This document shows, one piece after another, positions 22,412-32,386 of a stretch of DNA of 64,000 bases (positions within the stretch are counted from its first letter, which is position 1; each line of letters begins with the position of its first letter). The notes beneath the pieces were generated by a model. It searched no databases. It worked only from the letters and a program-made list of their open reading frames with translations, and was not told where the DNA came from. Both the position numbers and the translations under genes were made by a program. This DNA comes from Alphaproteobacteria bacterium (GTDB lineage: Bacteria > Pseudomonadota > Alphaproteobacteria > UBA7879), in contig CBCXTT010000002.1 of the NCBI GenBank assembly GCA_965178295.1, forward strand, positions 170,925 through 234,924, read 5' to 3'.

Positions 22412-23372
22412 GCCATTTTTTAATTGGAGCGAGTCTCGGATTTTTAAAATCTTGAGCTATCCATCTCCAAACCCTAGGGATATGGGTCAAATATACATCT
22501 TTTTTAGATTGTTTTTCCATGCGCTTAAAAATCCCTAGGATTTTAATGCTGCGTTGCGCCCCTAGTGTTGTATATACATCGAAGAATTCAGTCTTATTCA
22601 AACCAGTAAACGCGTCACAATAGCGATCATACATTGCGGATTGAAGATTGTGTGAGATATCCCGACGTGCATCTTCTAAGAGAGAGACAAGATCATAAGG
22701 ACGTGGACCAAAGCACGCATCTTGAAAATCGAGTAGGCCGCATTTTTCAATACCCACACGATCCTCTAAATACATTATGTTGCCTGCATGATAGTCACGC
22801 AAAATAATGGATTGCGGTACTGTTGGAAGATCAGAAAGCGCGTCATGCCATAGGCAATAAAATTCTTCAGCAGCAGTGGGAGAATAGTCTTCTTGCAAGA
22901 CCTCGAAATAGTACCAATCAATGAATACAGACAATTCCCGTTGATAATCCTTCCACTCAAGCGACACAAGATGCTCTGTGTTTTCTTTATACGTTTTATG
23001 AATATGCACCAGCACATCTACTGCCAACGTATAAAGATCTCTCTCATTGATAGAATTTAATATATTCTCATAGGTATTGCGCCCACAATCTTCCAATAGC
23101 AAAAACCCATTCTCCTCATCCGCTTGATAAATGATTGGCACTGTACAGCCAATTTTGGAGAGAACTTTTTGTATGCGTATAAACGGCCGCACATCTTCAA
23201 GCCCGGGTGGGGCATCCATCAAGACATAGGGATGACCGTTGGTATCATGCACGGAAAAATATGTTCGACATGAGCAGTCTCCCGCCAAAAAAGAGGGAGT
23301 AGCATCCGCACATCCCACTTTGTCTAAAAATCCCTTCTTCTCCAAGCTGCGTTGATTCTCTAAATACACCAT
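22374..23372 (-). CDS. amgK: aminoglycoside-phosphotransferase-fold kinase, AmgK-like (MurNAc/GlcNAc anomeric kinase)
   Basis: 332 aa with an APH-fold (…RDYHAGNIMYLEDR...GLLDFQDA…). Overlaps the murU start by 38 nt. Confidence 0.75.
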   Translation of the reverse strand: MVYLENQRSLEKKGFLDKVGCADATPSFLAGDCSCRTYFSVHDTNGHPYVLMDAPPGLEDVRPFIRIQKVLSKIGCTVPIIYQADEENGFLLLEDCGRNTYENILNSINERDLYTLAVDVLVHIHKTYKENTEHLVSLEWKDYQRELSVFIDWYYFEVLQEDYSPTAAEEFYCLWHDALSDLPTVPQSIILRDYHAGNIMYLEDRVGIEKCGLLDFQDACFGPRPYDLVSLLEDARRDISHNLQSAMYDRYCDAFTGLNKTEFFDVYTTLGAQRSIKILGIFKRMEKQSKKDVYLTHIPRVWRWIAQDFKNPRLAPIKKWLETNIPMAHRHV

Positions 23373-23385
23373 ATCTCCTATAGAT

Positions 23386-23832
23386 TCACCGTTTATCTTT
23401 TAGACAGAAAGAGCGATGAACATCATCTAAGGCTTGGATCGCTACTTCAATGACATTTTGTGGCTGGTAGCCACCCATTTTATCGGGCCACTCTATTAGC
23501 GATATACGTTCACTGAGTCCATCTGTATATCCTAAATCCCAAATGCCATCTGCCGATTCAAGGCGATAAAAATCAAAATGCCAGATGGGGAAATTCTCTC
23601 CTTCATATGCCTGAACCAACGTAAAAGTTGGAGAGGGCACAATCATATTACATCCACATAAGGCTTGTATTATAAAACGGGCAAAAGCTGTTTTTCCAGC
23701 CCCCAAATCTCCTGTCAATAAAACAATATCACCTACTCTCAGTGCGAGCGCCAAATGATGGGCTAAAGACCGAGTATCCTCCAGGGATTGTGCTACAATC
23801 GACTCAGAAAAAATATTAGACATTTTAGACAT
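23386..23832 (-). CDS. tsaE: tRNA threonylcarbamoyladenosine biosynthesis protein TsaE (P-loop ATPase)
   Basis: 148 aa with a GDLGAGKT P-loop. YjeE/TsaE family. First gene of the tsaE-amgK-murU-addB-addA block. Confidence 0.85.
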   Translation of the reverse strand: MSKMSNIFSESIVAQSLEDTRSLAHHLALALRVGDIVLLTGDLGAGKTAFARFIIQALCGCNMIVPSPTFTLVQAYEGENFPIWHFDFYRLESADGIWDLGYTDGLSERISLIEWPDKMGGYQPQNVIEVAIQALDDVHRSFCLKDKR

Positions 23833-24899
23833 TGTCGTTTACCGTACACCCACATGTAATGCATTCACTAAAGGCGCTGCCTATGAAAGAACATACCACA
23901 GATATTGCCATAATTGGTGCAGGACCGGTAGGGCTTTTTGCAATTTTTGCGTGTGGCATTCTAAAACTCAACTGTCATGTCATCGATACTCTGGATGAAG
24001 TTGGTGGCCAGTGTACTGCCTTGTACCCTGAAAAACCTATTTATGATATTCCTGCGTTCCCAGAAATTTTAGCGGGAGACTTAATTGATCATTTAAAACA
24101 ACAAGCAGCGCCCTTCAATCCGACATTCCACTTAGGACAACAGGTCACACATATTTCTTCAGCGAACAAGGGTTGGAAAATCACAACATCTCAAGACATT
24201 ATCATTCACACAAAGGCCATTATTATTGCTGCTGGTGTGGGCGCCTTTGGACCCAATCGTCCGCCCCTAAAAAACTTAGAGTGTTACGAAAAATAAAAGT
24301 GTGTTTTATTAATATAAAAAACAAAGAAAAACTGTCGGGAAAAAAAATTGTAATTGTGGGTGGGGGTGATTCGGCAATAGACTGGGCCTTAAGTCTGTCG
24401 GATGTTGCAGATCATTTGCACGTTGTACACCGTCGCTCCAAATTCCGCGCAGCTCCAGATAGCGTTGACAAACTACATAAACTATGCGCACAAGGAAAAA
24501 TTACACTCGAAGTGCCCTATCAACTATATTGGACTCAAGGGAGACAACGCTGGAAATATAACAGAGGTTTGCATCCAAAATTTAGACAAAAATACAAAAA
24601 CATTACAAGCAGATGTGCTGCTACCATTTTTTGGCTTGTCTACGAATCTTGGCCCTATTGCAGAATGGGGCCTCCACTTAGATAAAAAAAATATTTCTGT
24701 TGAGCCAACAACATGCGCAACATCCACACAAGGCATCTTTGCAATTGGCGATATTGCAACATATCCAAATAAATTAAAGCTGATTGTCACTGGATTTTCC
24801 GAGGCTGCATCAGCAGCGCATTCAGCAAGAGCGCATATCTATCCAGATCAGATATTTCACTTTGAATATTCTACAACGCATGGTAAGCCGGCAGCATAA
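23832..24899 (+). pseudogene. fpr: ferredoxin--NADP(+) reductase (thioredoxin-reductase-like FNR), interrupted by two frameshifts
   Basis: Three overlapping ORFs: 23832..24296 (frame 0), 24173..24685 (frame 2) and 24402..24899 (frame 0). The sensible parts concatenate to FNR-like ...IAIIGAGPVGLFA...LECYE / KIKVCFINIKNKEKLSGKKIVIVGGGDSAIDWAL...EVPYQL / IGLKGDNAGN...GIFAIGDIATYPNKLKLIVTGFSEA.... The first shift is at the GAAAAATAAAAG run near 24288-24296. The second is near CTATATTGG around 24525-24535. Likely true start MKEH at 23883. Confidence 0.8.
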
Positions 24900-24900
24900 A

Positions 24901-25803
24901 CTAAAATACAAGCTCCGACCCTTTATAGAGCACCTCATATGCTTCAGCTGTGTATGCACCGTTACGCTCGTGTACTACTAACCCTGGATCTATCTTCAGT
25001 GGTTCCTTTGCCCCCTTGCGCGCTCGCACAATAGTGCGCTTTGAGGACACACCTTTTTTTGGCCAGAGGAGAAAAATTTCTATGCCGCCAAAGTGATATT
25101 TTTTTAAAAAAAATATCACTTCATCGAGGATAGCTGTAGGATAGATTAACGTTAAATATCCACGCGTCCTTAACATCACTTGACAGAATTTTATCCACTG
25201 CTCTAGAGACACATTGACCATTGAACGTGCTATACGCCGACTGTGTGTTTTTGCATGCGTTGCATCATAAAAATAGGGGGGATTTGTAACGATCTGATCA
25301 AAGCTATCCAGTGCAGTAGGGCTATTAATATAAGAATCTGCCACATTATGCTGAAAAAAAGCAATATACAAGTCATTGTGAGTCGCATTAAGAATCGCTA
25401 TATCTAAAAGATCGTTTTGTATCTCAACACCCACAATATCTAAGCACGCCAATCTATGCTTCAATAGAAGCGCAAGAGTTCCAACACCGCACCCCAAATC
25501 AAGAATGCGGTCCATGGGATGAGCCATGACTGATGCTGCTAAAAACACCGTATCACTCCCCGCACGATACCCATCTATGGGTTGTTGCACCGTAACTTCC
25601 CCACCTAAAAAATTTGATACATCATTCATACGTCCTACTTTTTGATAGATTTTTCTGCATTTTCCCCTATGATCAGAGGGTGTTCTTACTATATCGGTAA
25701 ATACACTAAAGGAAAAGGATGTCTGCAAGGAAGTGTCTATACATAAAAACCCTGCCTGTGCTTGAAAATCTTCAGTCCATGCTCGCACAGGATTTACAAG
25801 CAA
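24901..25803 (-). CDS. class I SAM-dependent N6-adenine methyltransferase (NPPY motif), TrmN6/YfiC-like
   Basis: Contains LDLGCGVGTLALLL (SAM binding) and VTNPPYF (N6-adenine methyltransferase motif IV). Likely true start at MNDVSNFLGG, about 25629, because the upstream part overlaps the divergent ispB start. Confidence 0.7.
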   Translation of the reverse strand: MLVNPVRAWTEDFQAQAGFLCIDTSLQTSFSFSVFTDIVRTPSDHRGKCRKIYQKVGRMNDVSNFLGGEVTVQQPIDGYRAGSDTVFLAASVMAHPMDRILDLGCGVGTLALLLKHRLACLDIVGVEIQNDLLDIAILNATHNDLYIAFFQHNVADSYINSPTALDSFDQIVTNPPYFYDATHAKTHSRRIARSMVNVSLEQWIKFCQVMLRTRGYLTLIYPTAILDEVIFFLKKYHFGGIEIFLLWPKKGVSSKRTIVRARKGAKEPLKIDPGLVVHERNGAYTAEAYEVLYKGSELVF

Positions 25804-26733
25804 TGGATGTCCTCATGCAACATCAAATGGATGCACGCGCACCACTTATAGGCACAATTACGGGCAGACTTATCCAAAGCGGGGGAAAGCGCCTTCGCCC
25901 TATGCTGACAATGGCGGCTGCGCATCACTATCAATACAAAGGAACACGGCATATCTCTCTTGCTGCATGTATCGAATTTATTCATACTGCTACTTTATTG
26001 CATGATGATGTTGTGGACGATAGCCAGAAGCGTCGTGGTCAAAAAACCGCAAACATCATATGGGGAAACAAACCGCCCATTCTCGTTGGAGATTTCTTGT
26101 TTTACACAAGCCTTTGGGCTCATTATCCAAGATGGAGACCGAGATATTCTACGTGTTCTTTCTAACGCCTCAACACGTATTACAGAGGGGGAAATCCTCC
26201 AACTTACAGCGGATGAGTTCGCAACAAAAGAAGATAACTATTGGGCAATTATTTCTTCAAAAAACAGGCGGCTTTATTTGAATCTGCTCTTCATGTGGGA
26301 GCGATTATTGGTGGTGCTAAGAAAGAGGAACAACAAGCTTTTAGTACATATGGTCATCATTTGGGGTGTATTTTTCAACTTTCAGATGATTTTCTAGACT
26401 ATTTTGGAACAAAAAATTCCCTAGGGAAAAATGCAGGGGATGATTTTTACGAAGGCAAGATTACACTTCCAGCGTTGCTAGCATATAAGGCTGGAACCGA
26501 TGATGAAAAGAGCTTCTGGACCAGAATTTTTGGAAAAACGCATGTACGCACAGCGCTTGATTTTACCCGCGCGCGGATCCCTCATGATCAAGCATCATGT
26601 GCCCGAGAAAATGCATCACAACATCACCGAGATCGCTCAAAAAGCACTGCAAGCGATTGTTGCTCTAGAGCCATCTCCCTATAAAGAAATCCTCATCCAT
26701 CTCCCAACTTATTGTAGAAACAGGAGTGCCTAG
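25719..26733 (+). pseudogene. ispB: octaprenyl/all-trans-polyprenyl diphosphate synthase, fragmented by at least three frameshifts
   Basis: Four overlapping ORFs in frames 0/1/0/1: 25719..26165, 25960..26397, 26241..26684 and 26500..26733. The pieces read ...GGKRLRPMLT...LLHDDVVDDSQKRRG (first DDxxD), ...GDFLF / TQAFGLIIQDGDRDILRVLSNAS...ISSK / AALFESALHVGAIIGG...FQLSDDFLDY (second DDxxD)... / ...KHHVPEK...[14 protein letters not shown]. Shift 1 is at TTGTTTT near 26100. Shift 2 is at the A6 run near 26255. Shift 3 is near the GCGCGCGG run around 26575. Likely start MLAQ at 25779. Confidence 0.8.
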
Positions 26734-28805
26734 CCTTCTAGCGCACCAAAAATCAAGCACTTGGTGAAACAAAGACCGCACACGCCCCAAGAGATGTAAG
26801 CGTGTCTGCGCAACTTTTATATCATCAACTATCACGACACTTTCATCTAAAAAGCGATTAATACACACACTGATCTGCACGAGTTTAGAGAGCTGTCCAG
26901 AAAGTGTGCATGCCATATAAACAGGTCCAGAGAGTTGCACGGCTAAATCTTTTTCGGCACTGTCACGCAATGCATTATCGCACATACCCGTACCATCAAA
27001 ACACACATTCTGCTTTTTTTCTATCTGGTTCAAGATATTAGAAACCCGTTTGTATGCTGTCAACACACCCACGCCTTCTGCGGTTTCAAAGAATTTTTTA
27101 GCACAGAAAGTGCGTTGGTCATAACATAAAAGTCCACCATTTCTGAGTGATTTAATACACTCAATATATGGTCATAACGGTAGCCTTTATCTTTCATATA
27201 CACATGAAAACGATCTTGTAAAAATTTCCACAGAAACGCTAACGTCTTAGCCTTCTCTTGTTTTCCAGGCACATTAAGCTGATCATAGGCAAAATTCATG
27301 GTTTGCTTTATATCAAGAGACCATTTATTCTCAATCAGCAAACGTAGACACCCTAAGGCCGAACGACGCAAGGCAAAAGGATCTTTAGAACTAGTAGGCA
27401 TGATCCCAACACTGAAAAATGCAATCAACGTATCCAATTTATCGGCAAGCGCCAACACCCGGCTTGACGGTGCGTTTGGACAAACATCGCTCGGTCCTTT
27501 AGGAAAATAATGTTCGCGAATTGCAAGAGCCACATTGTCAGATTTCCCCTGTGCAATTGCATAATAGCATCCTGTGATACCTTGCAATTCTGGAAACTCT
27601 CCAACCATGGCCGTTGCAAGATCTGCCTTGCATAAACGAGCGGCTTCTTCCGCATCTTCAAGTTCTGGAGCTATATTTTGAACCAGCCTTTCCAAGCGCG
27701 TGACCTTTTCTAGCATCGTTCCTAACTGAGCATGAAAGGCTTGTTGTTCTAAACATGCACTCCAAGTGTCAAGGGTGCGCTTTTGATCTTGCTTCCAAAA
27801 AAATGAGGCGTCGGCAAGGCGTGCGGTAAGTGTTTTTTCATTTCCCCGGATAATTTGTTCCCCGCCATCCAGCGCTACCATATTAGAGACGAAGAAAAAA
27901 TAGGGTGCAAGTCGGCCATTCTTTTTTGTTGCAAAACACTTTTGATGTGTCCGCATACTCGTCACCAGAATCTCAGCTGGAAAAGACAAGTATTCTTGTG
28001 AAAAATGCCCCCTGAATATCACGGGCCACTCAACTAGCCCTACCACCTCTTCCAACAATTGTTCATCAAGAACAACGTCAAGATTTGCAGACGCCGCATG
28101 CGCTTCCAACTGGATCCTCACATCATTCCGACGTGCATCTTGATCAATTATCACATATGCAGAGGCGAGTTGTGTTTTATAGGCGTCAAAAGTCCGTACG
28201 GCAAAGGATTTTGGTGCCAGAAAACGATGCCCCATTGTTATATCACCCACAGTAACATGGGGATGCGGCGCATCAAGTGGAATGATTTCTCCATCAAAAA
28301 CAGCCAGCAGTGATTTCAGAGGGCGTACCCATTTAAAACTCGACGCCCCCCAGCGCATGGATTTAGGCCACTTAAAAGAGCGCATCAACCCAAACAATAC
28401 CTCTGAGAGCAAAGCGCTAGTAGCAATACCACCCTGGACACTGGGAGCGAAAAAAAATGTCCCCTTTTTTGGAAGCTCTCGCGTCTTTAGGTCATCCATG
28501 GTCAGGGCCGTTGACGATAAAAAACCCTGAATCGCTGCATCAGATGCCTTAACACTTGGTCCTTTGAGTTCTATATATTTCTTGGGCTGCATTGTTGGCA
28601 AACCTACAACATGTGCAATGAGCCGCCGCGGCGTCGTATAAATATTCATGCCATCATACGGTAGATTATATGAATCCAAAGCCGAGACAAGCCTTTCTTT
28701 AAGCTGAGCCCTTGCTCCAGGTTGCATACGTGCGGGCATTTCCTCAGACAATATCTCCATAAAAAACTCAGCCATCTCGATCCTCGTGATCCTTCCAAAG
28801 CGCAC
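26665..28805 (-). CDS. glyS: glycine--tRNA ligase beta subunit, interrupted by one frameshift near an A6 run
   Basis: ORF 27060..28805 (581 aa, GlyS N-terminal and central regions) plus ORF 26665..27072 (135 aa, C-terminal [11 protein letters not shown]... region). They overlap by 13 nt. The join lies at or next to GTGCTAAAAAATTC (27090-27098 on the + strand). Likely true start [14 protein letters not shown] at 28775, forming an ATGGCTGA overlap with the glyQ stop. Confidence 0.88.
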
Positions 28806-29637
28806 AGGAGCTTTTTGCTAAATGGCGAATGCGACCAATATATGCCGCCCGGTCACACACACTGATTGCCCCACGTGCATCCAATAAATTAAAAAGGTGG
28901 CTCGCCTTGATACAATGATCATAGGCCGCAAGTGGCAAATCTTTTTCTATAAGCACGCCGCACGCGTCTTCTGCCATTTCAAACTGTTTGAGAAGATGTG
29001 CAATATTGGCATGCTCAAAATTGTAGGATGAAAACTGTTGTTCATTCTTGAGGAACACATCGCCATAGGTAATTTTCTCCTCCCCTTCATACCCGTTCCA
29101 GTTCAAATTAAAAAAGCTGTCACAATCTTGTACAAAAATCGCCAAGCGTTCAAGACCATATGTGAGCTCCAGGGACACGGGATCACATGGGATGCCGCCA
29201 ACTTGCTGAAAATATGTATACTGACTAACTTCGGCACCATTGCACCATACTTCCCAACCAAGACCGGAGGCCCCTAAAGTGGGGCTTTCCCAATCATCTT
29301 CGACAAAACAAATGTCATGTTCCGGAGCTTCAAGACCAAGAGCGGCCAGACTCCCCAGGTATAGTTCCTGCGCATTCTCAGGTGATGGCTTAATAATCAC
29401 CTGAAACTGATAGTAATGTTGTGTGCGGTTTGGATTGTTTCCATAGCGACCGTCTGTTGGTCGCCTAGATGGTTGTACATAGGAACATTTCCATGGCTTG
29501 GGCCCCAGGGAGCGAAGCGTCGTTGCAGGATGAAAAGTGCCTGCACCCACTTCAAGGTCATAGGGCTGCAAAATAGCGCACCCTTGTTCCGCCCAATAAC
29601 GCTGTAGTGTTAAAATAATTTCTTGAAAACTTAGCAT
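28768..29637 (-). CDS. glyQ: glycine--tRNA ligase alpha subunit
   Basis: 289 aa; [46 protein letters not shown] is the highly conserved GlyQ N-terminus. Confidence 0.95.
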   Translation of the reverse strand: MLSFQEIILTLQRYWAEQGCAILQPYDLEVGAGTFHPATTLRSLGPKPWKCSYVQPSRRPTDGRYGNNPNRTQHYYQFQVIIKPSPENAQELYLGSLAALGLEAPEHDICFVEDDWESPTLGASGLGWEVWCNGAEVSQYTYFQQVGGIPCDPVSLELTYGLERLAIFVQDCDSFFNLNWNGYEGEEKITYGDVFLKNEQQFSSYNFEHANIAHLLKQFEMAEDACGVLIEKDLPLAAYDHCIKASHLFNLLDARGAISVCDRAAYIGRIRHLAKSSCALWKDHEDRDG

Positions 29638-29801
29638 TTGTCCTCAACCAAAAATCTCCGTTAGAGAGTAGTATTATTCGTGCTGGAAAACAAGAAAATT
29701 AATCCCTACCATCCTCAAGAGATGAAGATAACTATTTACTTAGGACGTGTTTTTACGCTACCGTGTTCAAATGTATATTTTTCTAATCAGAGGGGAAAGT
29801 T

Positions 29802-31817
29802 GTGACAGAAAAAAAGCAGGAAGAGCATAAGCCTTATATACCAGGTAGCACGAGATATCCAGAACTTACTATTAAAGCGATTGTTCTAGGTTCTCTGCTC
29901 GCCATACTTTTGGGCGCATCTAATGCATACCTAGGCCTTAAAATTGGGCAAACCATTACAGCATGTATCCCTGCCGCCGTTGCCTCTATGGCCATTCTGC
30001 GCCTTTTCCGTGAATCTAATATCTTAGAGAATAATATGGTGCAAACGATGGCTTCCGCAGGTGAAGTGATGGCAGCCGCTTCTATTTTTACTTTACCCGC
30101 TCTCATCATGATTGGGTACTGGAAAAATTTTTCATACTTTGAAACAGCCTCCATCACACTTGTTGGTGGCTTTATTGGTATATTGTTCTCTATACCCCTT
30201 AGACGTGCATTGATCGTTGAAAAAAAACTTACCTATCCCGAAGGTGTCGCAACAGCCCATGTACTAGCAGCGGGTGATAATCACGGAGCAGATATTGGTA
30301 TCCTTGTCAAATCTGGTATTTTTTCGGCAATCATTCAGTTTTGCCAGTCTGGCCTACAGATCTTAACGGATAGTGTGAGCCGTTGGTTTGTTGTAAAAAA
30401 TACGGTTTTTGGTTTTGGAAGCGGACTATCAGCCGCCATGATTGGTGCTGGGTATATTGTTGGTATTCGTGTTGGGTTAGGTCTCGCGACGGGGGCCCTC
30501 ATCATGTATGGCATCACTATTCCCACCTACAGCACAATCATCGGTATACCAGCAGAAGCTGCTAATGCACATGACGCCGCGCTGATGATAAAAATCCCTC
30601 TACGCTACATGGGTGTAGGGGCTATGCTTGTGGGAGGTCTTGCCGCCCTATTTTCTGTTCTAGCGCCTATTAAAACGGGCATTATGCATGCATTTTCTGC
30701 TTTCAAGAATGCGGGTAAAGAATCAAAAATTATGCGCACAGATCAAGATATTCCCATGAAATACGTTTTGATAGGCACAGTAGCCCTCTTTATTCCGGTT
30801 GCGTTCTTAATCCATCACGTACTCTTAGAACAAGGCCTCCCTATATCTTCAATCACATATGCGCTTGCAATAAGTGCGAGCATTATTGGCACTTTTATTA
30901 TTGGTTTTTTAACTGCCTCTATCTCTGGATATTTATCTGGATTAGTGGGAAATTCTGCAACTCCCCTCTCCGGTATTTTAATTGCCTCCGTCCTGCTTAT
31001 TGCGATTATTTTGATGGCAATTATTGGTAGCGAGGTTAATTTCCAAGAAAATGCAGAAGCAGCCCTCGGTGTCACGGCAGTTGTTATTCTCATCACCGCC
31101 ATTGTTGCTAGCATTGGCGCTGTAAGCTGTGATAATCTTCAGGATTTAAAATCTGGCTACATTCTAGGAGCCACGCCCTGGAAGCAACAAACAGGTCTGT
31201 TTATTGGAGTGATCGTCAGTGCAATTGTCATCACACCTGTGCTTAAAGTTTTGTTTGAGGCCTATGGTATGGGCGGCATTTTCCCACGGGAGGGCATGGA
31301 TCCAACAAAGAATCTAGCCGCCCCACAAGCCGTACTGATTGCAACTGTTGCAAAAGGTATGGTTGCTCAAGCGCTGCCTTATGGCATGATTTCTCTGGGC
31401 GGACTTATATCATGCGCTGTGATTATATTTAATAAAATAATGGAAAAGTTTGGACAACAAGGTACACCAGCTTTAGCTGTTGCATTAGGTATATATCTTC
31501 CTCTAGATATGTCTATCCCATTATTTATTGGCGGTCTCTTGAGTTTTTTAGCTATGCGTAAGCGTGATACGCTCCCATCAAAACAAGCGCAATCCGCCTA
31601 TAGTGCAGGCGTTCTCTTTGCTTCAGGCGCTATCGCAGGTGAAGCCTTGATCGGCATATTCTTGGCAGTCCCTTTTGCAGCACTACAAAGCACAACCATA
31701 TTTCGTTTTGTTCCAACGTGCATAACCCCCTATGTGGATAGCATGTCTCTCGTGGTCATTGGAATACTTGGTTGGATGCTTTATCGAGCCGGTATCGGTA
31801 AACGATCAAACAGATAG
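29802..31817 (+). CDS. oligopeptide transporter, OPT superfamily
   Basis: 671 aa, about 16 TM segments. N-terminal PGSTRYPELTIKAIVLGSLLAILLGASNAYLGLKIGQT is typical of the bacterial OPT family. GTG start preceded by AGAGGGGAAAG. Confidence 0.85.
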   Translation: MTEKKQEEHKPYIPGSTRYPELTIKAIVLGSLLAILLGASNAYLGLKIGQTITACIPAAVASMAILRLFRESNILENNMVQTMASAGEVMAAASIFTLPALIMIGYWKNFSYFETASITLVGGFIGILFSIPLRRALIVEKKLTYPEGVATAHVLAAGDNHGADIGILVKSGIFSAIIQFCQSGLQILTDSVSRWFVVKNTVFGFGSGLSAAMIGAGYIVGIRVGLGLATGALIMYGITIPTYSTIIGIPAEAANAHDAALMIKIPLRYMGVGAMLVGGLAALFSVLAPIKTGIMHAFSAFKNAGKESKIMRTDQDIPMKYVLIGTVALFIPVAFLIHHVLLEQGLPISSITYALAISASIIGTFIIGFLTASISGYLSGLVGNSATPLSGILIASVLLIAIILMAIIGSEVNFQENAEAALGVTAVVILITAIVASIGAVSCDNLQDLKSGYILGATPWKQQTGLFIGVIVSAIVITPVLKVLFEAYGMGGIFPREGMDPTKNLAAPQAVLIATVAKGMVAQALPYGMISLGGLISCAVIIFNKIMEKFGQQGTPALAVALGIYLPLDMSIPLFIGGLLSFLAMRKRDTLPSKQAQSAYSAGVLFASGAIAGEALIGIFLAVPFAALQSTTIFRFVPTCITPYVDSMSLVVIGILGWMLYRAGIGKRSNR

Positions 31818-32386
31818 CTTGCACATTAAATCTACTATCCTATAAAAGATCTGATCAATATCTATGGGTCGTATATCTGAAATGGTGCTCAATATATGAG
31901 TCAAACCTCTATGCAGAGCGGTCTCTTGGGTTTTTAGCTATGCGTAAACGCTCGCATCCCATTGGGAAGCGCTCTTATCTATGAGACATTCCAAGCCTTC
32001 GGCACATATAGAAGCAGATTTTAACGCACAGAAAGAAGTACATGCTGCTCCCTTAACACTTATGACGATCTAGCAGAGGCTGCGTCATAAGGATTGCAGC
32101 GACCAAGGTTAACTTTGTACACAAAAGTACAGCAAAAAATTTATAGGCAATGCGCTGCATAAGCTCCGTGGAGCACGTAACCAAATCAGAGTGTTGTGTG
32201 CCCACTTCCTGTGAGACTCTCTATATTATCGTATGCGGCTTGTTAGTAAAAGAGACGAGCGGTATATTATAAGCGCTTCACCTCTGGACAGCCCATCTCC
32301 CATGAGGGCCGCTCATGAACTTTACGAGTATCCCATCTCTGTATTTCCCAAAAAAAAAATATATATGCAATCTTTGGACATGGAAA

